Assembly (NCBI GenBank): GCA_964016885.1
Contig: CAXHJY010000547.1
Coordinates: forward strand, 121,339-185,338
Origin: Eledone cirrhosa
Lineage: Eukaryota
Direction: 5' to 3'
DNA length: 64,000 nucleotides
The notes beneath the pieces are model-generated. The model did not search any database and was not told the origin of the DNA. It saw nothing but the letters and a program-made list of their open reading frames with translations. Position numbers and translations under genes: made by a program. Shown piece after piece: positions 54,201 to 64,000 of this stretch; within the stretch, counting starts at the first letter, position 1; each line of letters starts with the position of its first letter.

Positions 54201-56684
54201 CATCATCATCATCATCATCACCGTTTTACGTCCGTTCTTCCATGCTAGCATGGGTTAGACGGGTTGTCCTGTTGTGGGCAGTGTCTGGTCGGCTGACCAT
54301 GCCTTGCTCATACAGGAACTGATCTGGCTTGATTTCTACAGCTGGATGCCCTTCCTAACACCAACCTCATTTACAGTGAGTGCTGGGTGCTTTTTCGTGG
54401 CGCCTACACGTCCACTTTACAGTGTGGGCTGGGTGCTTTTTTGCCGTGGCACCTCCACGGCCACCTTGCGGTGGGGGTGGGAGGGGGGGGGGGCATATTG
54501 TTTATATGCTTCAGCATGTACCCATGGGAGGTCGGGTACCCTATATTACTGCGTGACGCCAGAAGTCACGGTCGTGTCTCATTGACTTTGAGAGGTGTAG
54601 TTGGGTAAGGTCGGCTTTTATCACCTCATCCCAAGTCATCTTGGGTCTCCCCACTCCGCGGTTTCCATCAACTTCTAGTGCTCTGCACCTTTTTATGCAG
54701 CTGTCATCCTTCATACGCATCACATGTCCATACCAGCGTAACCGCCTCTCCTGCACGCAGCATTTGATTCCTCTTATGCTCAGTCTCTCTCTCAATTCCT
54801 TTATGCTTTGTCGTTCACGTATATTACTGTTACACATCCATCGGAGCATGCAGGCTTCGTTTCTCTCTAATCTCCGTAAGTCTTCCACCTTCAGCGCCCA
54901 GGTCTCACTACCATGCAACATCGCTGTTCGGATACACGCATCATACAGTCTGCCTTTCAATCTGAGGGAGAAGCCTTTTGCAGCTAGCAGTGGTAGTAGT
55001 TCCCTAAACTTCTTCCATCCCGTTCTTACCCTAGTTATTGTACTTTCTGAGCACCCACCTCCGTTGCTAATTCGGTCACCTAGGTAGCAGAAGCTGTCTA
55101 CTGTTTCTACAGGGCCCTCCCAGAGATTGGTGGTACTTGTTTCCTGTGGCTGTTTGCTTGCTGTTTCAGCACAGCTGCTGCATGTGAATCCTACATTCTT
55201 AATTAAGCTTCCTGAGATCCCGCTACATCTCTTGTGTACCCATTGTTTGCATTTGGGGCAGAGAATCGAGTTCCTACCTACACCTTTCCTACATACTGAG
55301 CAAGGCCATTTCCCTGAGGGGATCTGGGTTCTGTTTTCTCGTCTACTTACAAGGACCTTAGTCTTTGTCATGTTGACTTTGAGGCCCTTTCTCTCTAGTC
55401 CCTGCTTCCAGGTTTGGAATTTATTCTCTAGTTCTACCATAGATTCAGCTATGAGTCCGAGGTCATCAGCATACAGGAGTTCCCATGGGCATCCGGTCTT
55501 AAACTCCTCCGTTATTGCCTGCAGGACTATGATGAACAGGAGAGGGCTAAGAACAGAGCCCTGGTGGACCCCAACCTGTACGCTAAATTCCTCGCTATAC
55601 TCATTGCCAATCCTAACTTTGCTGACTGCTCCCCTATACATGGCTTGTACCGCTTTCACAAGCCATTCATCTACTCCTAGTTTTCTAAGAGCCCACCAGA
55701 TTACTGCACGTGGAACTCTGTCAAAGGCTTTCTCAAGGTCGACAAATGCCAAGTAGAGTGGCTTACTTTTAGCTAGGTACTTTTCCTGTAATTGCCTCAC
55801 AAGGAAGAGGGCATCAGTGGTGCCTTTCCCTGGTACAAACCCAAATTGCATCTCGTCTATATTCACCCGGTCCCTAATCAGCTGTGCTATAACTCTTTCT
55901 GTTACTTTCATGACCTGGTCCATCAACTTTATACCTCTATAGTTTCCTCTATCTAGTGCATCGCCTTTACCTTTGTAGCAGTTGACAATGATGCTACTGC
56001 ACCAATCTTTTGGTATGGCCCCCTCTAGTATTACCTGGTTAACGATACGTGTGGTTATAGTGTGACCTACAGACCCAGATGCCTTCAGCATCTCGGCAGC
56101 TATACCCGATGGACCGGTTGCCTTCCCTATCTTCATATCTCTGATTGCCTTACTTACTACGCTGCCGCTGACTTGTACTGCTGGTCCCTCTATAGGGTCT
56201 ACGTGGGGTAGGGTCTCTTCTTCCCATGCATTCTCCTCATTTAGTAATCTATCATAATGACTCTTCCATGCATCTTTCTTCTCAGCACTTGTGAGGGCAA
56301 GCTCACCTTTATCATTCCGGATACACTTCTCTCCAATGACATCACAACTATCTCTGACACACTGCCTCGCAATCTTGAATACCTCCTGTTTCTGGTCCTC
56401 ACGTTGTAAAACATGCTTGAATTTTCTATCCTCTGCTTCCCTCCTAGCTAAGTATACTTGTCGCCTAGCTTCCCTCTTGGTCTCTATGTAATGTACCCTG
56501 CTCCCCCCGTTCTTCCATTCTTTCCATGCCTGTCTCTTGGCCTTGACTGCTTCATCTACCTTATTGTTCCACCACCAAGTCACTCTCCTCCTGCTTGAGG
56601 TCTTACTCCAGCCACAAACCTCATCCGTCGCCTCGAGTAAGTTATTTTTTAGGAACTCCCAGTTCTCTTCTACGTTAAATGTCT
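54201..56684 (-). mobile_element. 5'-truncated RTE-clade LINE, copy 4
   Basis: (CAT)n tail; ORF open from TFNVEENW through the whole RT with no frameshift, ending at a TAG at 54541-54543 (CAG in other copies); APE domain missing. Confidence 0.96.
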
Positions 56685-56924
56685 TAAATGTATATAATAT
56701 ATATATATATATATATATTATATACCCTTTAAATTTTATAAACTCCCGTAAGGTTGAGTAAAACTTTAGGCAGTATTCGGTTGCGCTTTCTAGCAACCAG
56801 CCTACTCGCCGACAGGCACCAATCACAAACTTTCTGCCTTGACCACTAGCCACGTGATGATTCTTAGCCATTTTGAATCCATTTCTGGCGGGGATCATGG
56901 TAGAAAAATCTTTGTCCAATTGAG

Positions 56925-57005
56925 TTATCCCCTGATGATTTCCAACCTTATTAATTTATCCAAGATCGGATATTTCCAAAAATGGAATGAAACCGCCGGG
57001 GGTAG
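56925..57005 (+). ncRNA. Degenerate hammerhead-like motif
   Basis: TATCCC-CTGATGA-T-TTCCA...TGGAA-T-GAAA-CCGCCG-GGGGTA; stems I and II pair but the NUH cleavage triplet is absent. Confidence 0.4.
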
Positions 57006-57551
57006 AGATATTTTGATGATTTTGGTAGGTTTATGTACATTTTTTCTTCTAACTTTGATTTTGTACCTAATTATGTATGGTTAACTATATGTCTAGTCAA
57101 TTTCTACAGGCTATTAGAAATACTAGGTAAATTTTCTGTAGCTGATAAAAAGCTATATAATTTATCTATTATTTCTTCATAAGTATATTTTAAACTTATA
57201 GCCTCGTTTAAATGATTTATTGTGTGATTGATTTATGCTGATTGGGAGAAGAAATACTGTATATATTTTATCTAATGATTCTATGGACTAACTTTTTATA
57301 TATTGCTCTGATTATTAATTGTTTAATTAATTCTTCATTGAGCCACACCGTAAATGGTTGCCAAAAACATATATATATATCTATGGCTTTGTCTAGTTTA
57401 TATGTATATACCCTTTAAATTTTATATATATATATATATATATTAGCGTCCAAAACATTAAGACCCTCTTCCTGCTATATTAACCTAATATATCCCTTCC
57501 ATATACTGTACCAATTGTGTTATTTCTGTTTACCTTTTACACACACATATA

Positions 57552-59783
57552 AATGGAAATTGAGAAAAAGTTACAAAAAAACGCCCGAGGCTACCCTGGA
57601 GGATATCAACATCAAGGCTTATGAGATCGTATCTGGTCTTGGCATAGATGATAGGATGGCCCCATACCAACCAAGGGAGCCGAGGATTACCATTAAGGAC
57701 CACAAACCAAACTTTGAGTCTAACCTGCCGGTCAGACTGATAGCCCCCTCCCGGTCAGACATGGGGGTTATTAGCAAAAGCATTTTAGATAGGATCCTGC
57801 CCACACTTAAGAGTAAAATAAGGTTACAACTCTGGTCCTGCACCAGCCAGGTGTTGGACTGGTTTACATTTTTACCTGACAAACATAGGACTAGCTTCAT
57901 ACAACTAGACATCAACAATTACTACTCCTCTATCTCGCCCATAGTCCTGAACAAGGCACTCATATTCGCGATGAATAGGAAAGACCGAATGCGCGACGAG
58001 GTTGGAATCATATACGCTGCCAGAAAGACCCTGATCCGATTCAGTGGGGACATATGGACCCGGAGTGACTGGCCAAATAATTTCGACATTACAATGGGCT
58101 CCAGTGACTCTGCACAGCTAACGAACTTGGTTGGGATATACATACGCTACGAGATCAGGAGCGAAATACCCAACCTGGGTGGCGGACTGTACCGAGACGA
58201 TGCACTCTTCACCGTAGTGGACTACAGCACCACAATGGTTGTAAATATGAAGAGGAGAATTAGACACTTCTTTAGCAAGGTAGGACTTAACGTAGAGATG
58301 GAACCCAATAGAAAAGTAGTGAATTTCCTGGACACCATCCTCAACCTCAACACCAAGCTACACCACCCATATCATAAACCCAATGAGAAGCTGGTGTATA
58401 TCAACGCTGGGTCCAATCACCCTAGATCTATAGTTAAGGCCGTAGTTAAGAGTGTCTCTGACAGGATCTCTAACTTGTCTGCCAATAAAGAGATCTTCAA
58501 TAGTAATGCTGATTACTATAACTCAGCGCTAGCTAAGGCGTCTCACAGCCATAGGATCAGCTATAACCCTAAGGGACATGATCGAGATGACCCAAGGGTA
58601 CCCTGGGCCAATACCCTCAGGGGCATGAGTCGCCCACCTAATACCTTGGTGACCAGTAGTAACACTCCCAGACCCCTATCCGTCACCACCCCCAGTAGAA
58701 GGTCCCGCATGCCCCACCGGTCTAATACCTACAACGCTGAAGACCACTGCGGTGCAGAGCATAGGCACCCCTGCACCGGCCCCACCACCTGCCGAACCCT
58801 AATTGAGCAGGGAGGCCGCACCGCACGGGTTTATAGTCCCACAGTGGGCCCATATAACCCTCATGATAGTGACCGCTCCGCACACCTGAGTGACACCAAC
58901 CGAGCTCGACCTGAGCTGTGCACAACCCAACGATGGACCACGGCGGACACCCAACTCCGCAAGAATAGGACCAGGAAGGTCACATGGTATAACCCCCCCG
59001 TAATCGGTGGGTCTACGTACAAGCCTGGCTAGAACATTCTTTAGAGTACTGGATAAATGTTTCCCTAGTGCCCACAAGTACCATAGAATATTCAACAAGC
59101 ACACGGTGAAACTTTCCTACTCAACCACATGCTCCGTAGCCCAGCACATAGCTGGCATAAATAGGAATAGGCTCACTGCCTCTAATACCACCGTAAACCC
59201 TGGAGCCACCCAACGGAAACAGCACGCAGGACGCACCCGACCCTGGACAGGCCCAACTAGCACACCGGAACTCACCGACCCTGTGCTGATTGCGGTGGCT
59301 ACCCAGCCAACTCCGAGTGATGGTAACCACGCGGTACATGTGCCGGGGCTTAAGAAGTCATGCAATTGCAGAGACCCATCACTATGCCCCCTTAGTAATG
59401 AATGCATGACGAAAAACGTAGTCTACAGGTGCAAGGTCACAAACCCTAACTCGGAGCACCACTACATAGGATCCACGGCGACGAGCTTCAAAGATAGGTG
59501 GTATAACCATCGCCATGCCTTTAACAGAATAGAAAAGAGGAAATGTACGGCCCTTTCTGAATTGATCTGGAAGCTCAAACTTGAAAAGACCCCGCACTCT
59601 CTGGTCTGGTCTGTGGTTAGAAAGGTTTCCCCAGACAGAGGTGGGTCTGGTATTTGCAACCTCTGTCTTAGTGAGACACTCGAGATATTTCGTGGCGGAA
59701 CCAAGCTATTAAACAGAAGGGCTGACTTATTCGGCGCCTGCAAGCACCTACGGACGGGAACTTTCCTCAAGCTATATAGATAA
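57552..59783 (+). pseudogene. Penelope-like element ORF: reverse transcriptase + C-terminal GIY-YIG endonuclease (Naiad-like), 5'-truncated, one frameshift
   Basis: RT: PVRLI, FIQLDINNYYSSI, ITMGS, GLYRDD, VNFLD, SNHP, WYNPP. EN: CNC..CPL..C, NVVYRC..HYIGST, FKDRWYNH, CNLCLSE, LLNRR..CKH. Frameshift near the C-run at ~58993-59007. Confidence 0.93.
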
Positions 59784-60530
59784 GCCCCGGTTATGGTCTC
59801 CCACAACGTCCCCCCCCCCCCTGTAGGGCCCTTACACCCCGTATCAACGACCAATAGTCAACAACAACCACCCATAGTTTGTAGTCCCTACGGTGGATTG
59901 TCCACCGGATCCTCTACTGGTTAGGAGTCAACAAAACGGCGTTTATTGAACCTGAGGACCCCCCCTCCCCCCTCCCCCGAGTGGCCCACACAGGAAGAAC
60001 AATTATCCCAAGGTACTAACCCTATACGCATGAATGAGTGCCCGCAACCGTGCATTGTGTGTGTATACTGGGATTACGTGAATGTACACACTCATGTGAA
60101 CGCAACAAAATAATAATACCCCAGGTTGCATTTGAAAAATGTTCGAGTGTATGCTTAAGAGTATATTTGTATATGCTCTCTTGTATGAGTGCACATGTGT
60201 ATATAGACATACATGCGCATCCAGAGGTATAAAAGTGTGGGTAGGTATATATGTCTGTACTAAGGGATTTGCCTAAGCTCCAAAGCCCCCAAGCTATTGC
60301 TGTGAAGATATATATCACACTCTACCTTTGTCTAGTCTAAACAATAACTCTTCCAAACACCCACTTTACTTTTCTTTAAAAATAACACCCACCTAGTTTT
60401 ATGTCTGCCTTATACTTGGATTTGGGGGCCTCTGTTGTATATATGTATGCACTTGTGCGTACATATATATATATATACACACCTGTATGGATTTGTGTGT
60501 GTAGATGTGTGTGTGTGTCTGAGGGGGTAG

Positions 60531-60788
60531 GTGTGAGTGTATGCACAAGTCAACCAACTTAAGTCTTTTTATTTCTAAACTTTCTAAGTATTTGACTCTA
60601 ACCATTATTTTCAGTATTACCACCCCACATAAATTCCTCAATTTGTATGTGTGGATGTGTGTGTGTGGATGTGGGTGTGAGTGTATGTGCAAGTCAACCA
60701 ACATAAGTCTTTTTATATGTAAATTTTCTAGTATTCTACTCTAACCATAATTTTCAGTAGTACCACCCCACATAAATTCCTCAATTTA
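60531..60788. repeat. Tandem duplication, period ~144 bp
   Basis: CAAGTCAACCAAC.TAAGTCTTTTTAT...CCACCCCACATAAATTCCTCAATTT occurs twice. Confidence 0.9.
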
Positions 60789-61095
60789 AGAATGACCTGT
60801 AGTATTGAATTTCATACTATAAACCTCAATTGAATATATATCTGACCAGGAATGCTTTTTTGTGAAAATCAGTCATATGGAACTATTGTCATCTTGCCTG
60901 ACGGTTTGAACTTTACAACACCACCTGCCTCTTTGAGGTCAAATACCAACCCTACTAGCATCTACAAACTGAGCAATGAGAATGAAGATTATTCCTGCTG
61001 ACAACATTAAATTATTCCTAACAAGCTCAAATGTCCCAAGGCTCTGATTCAATCAACACCATAAACACAGAGCTGGCCTATCTAAGAACTGACTA

Positions 61096-61155
61096 ACTGT
61101 CTGATGAGGTCATAGCCATTCAATGGCTATCATTGAAATATATATATATAGCAGT
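61096..61155 (+). ncRNA. Type I hammerhead ribozyme in putative PLE pLTR
   Basis: Stem I ACTGT/GCAGT; CTGATGA; stem II ATAGCCAT-tca-ATGGCTAT; GAAA; (TA)n stem III; AUA triplet; AATAAA immediately downstream. Confidence 0.78.
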
Positions 61156-61417
61156 AAATAAATGATTGAGTTCATGCAATTGACTTATGTTTCGTCACTA
61201 TATATATATATATATATATATATTTATCAACGTTTACGTGGATCTCTCAAAATTCGTTGGATTTTCACCTCGAATCTGGATACCAACCCAGAGTACACCT
61301 GAACTACCACCAGGAAATCTTTCGTGTCTTTGAAATTTTCTTTGCTTCTTGCATTTAAATATTCCACGACTCTACCATTTTTCCTCTACTTACACCACCT
61401 TCTTCTTCTCACCTGTC

Positions 61418-64000
<2,583 letters not shown>

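Noticed and set aside
56685-56919. N-terminal extension of the 792-aa ORF (apparent fusion protein)
   Set aside because: Chance read-through from flanking DNA and (TA)n into the truncated RTE.
60026-60105. Possible SECIS-like hairpin (ATGA-ATGAGTG...CACTCAT-GTGA) 3' of the Naiad-like ORF
   Set aside because: The apical region is too long and the core register is off; the conserved Cys codons in the ORF are TGC/TGT with no in-frame UGA to recode.

Overview
Eukaryotic, AT-rich, repeat-dominated DNA with no confidently identifiable host gene. The repeat inventory (tRNA-derived CORE-type SINEs, RTE LINEs with (CAT)n tails, TTAA/CCC MITEs, very long (TA)n tracts) suggests a mollusc, probably Octopus; this is inference. 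Main contents: a ~6.9-kb 33-bp satellite; a ~28.5-kb 78-bp satellite carrying two near-identical near-full-length RTE LINEs at the same target position (an ~8.95-kb duplication); two further 5'-truncated RTE copies; a Penelope-like element (RT + GIY-YIG, Naiad-like); CR1-type fragments; SINEs; MITEs; and several minisatellites, some visibly amplified from transposon ends. The most notable unannotated signal is a set of minimal type I hammerhead ribozyme motifs. Two sit back-to-back in a spacerless 353-bp palindrome (11438-11790) with a third in tandem 182 nt downstream. One lies 3' of the Penelope-like ORF, and one degenerate copy lies in a direct-repeat-bounded unit 5' of it. The long ORFs in the satellites are artefacts of unit lengths divisible by 3.
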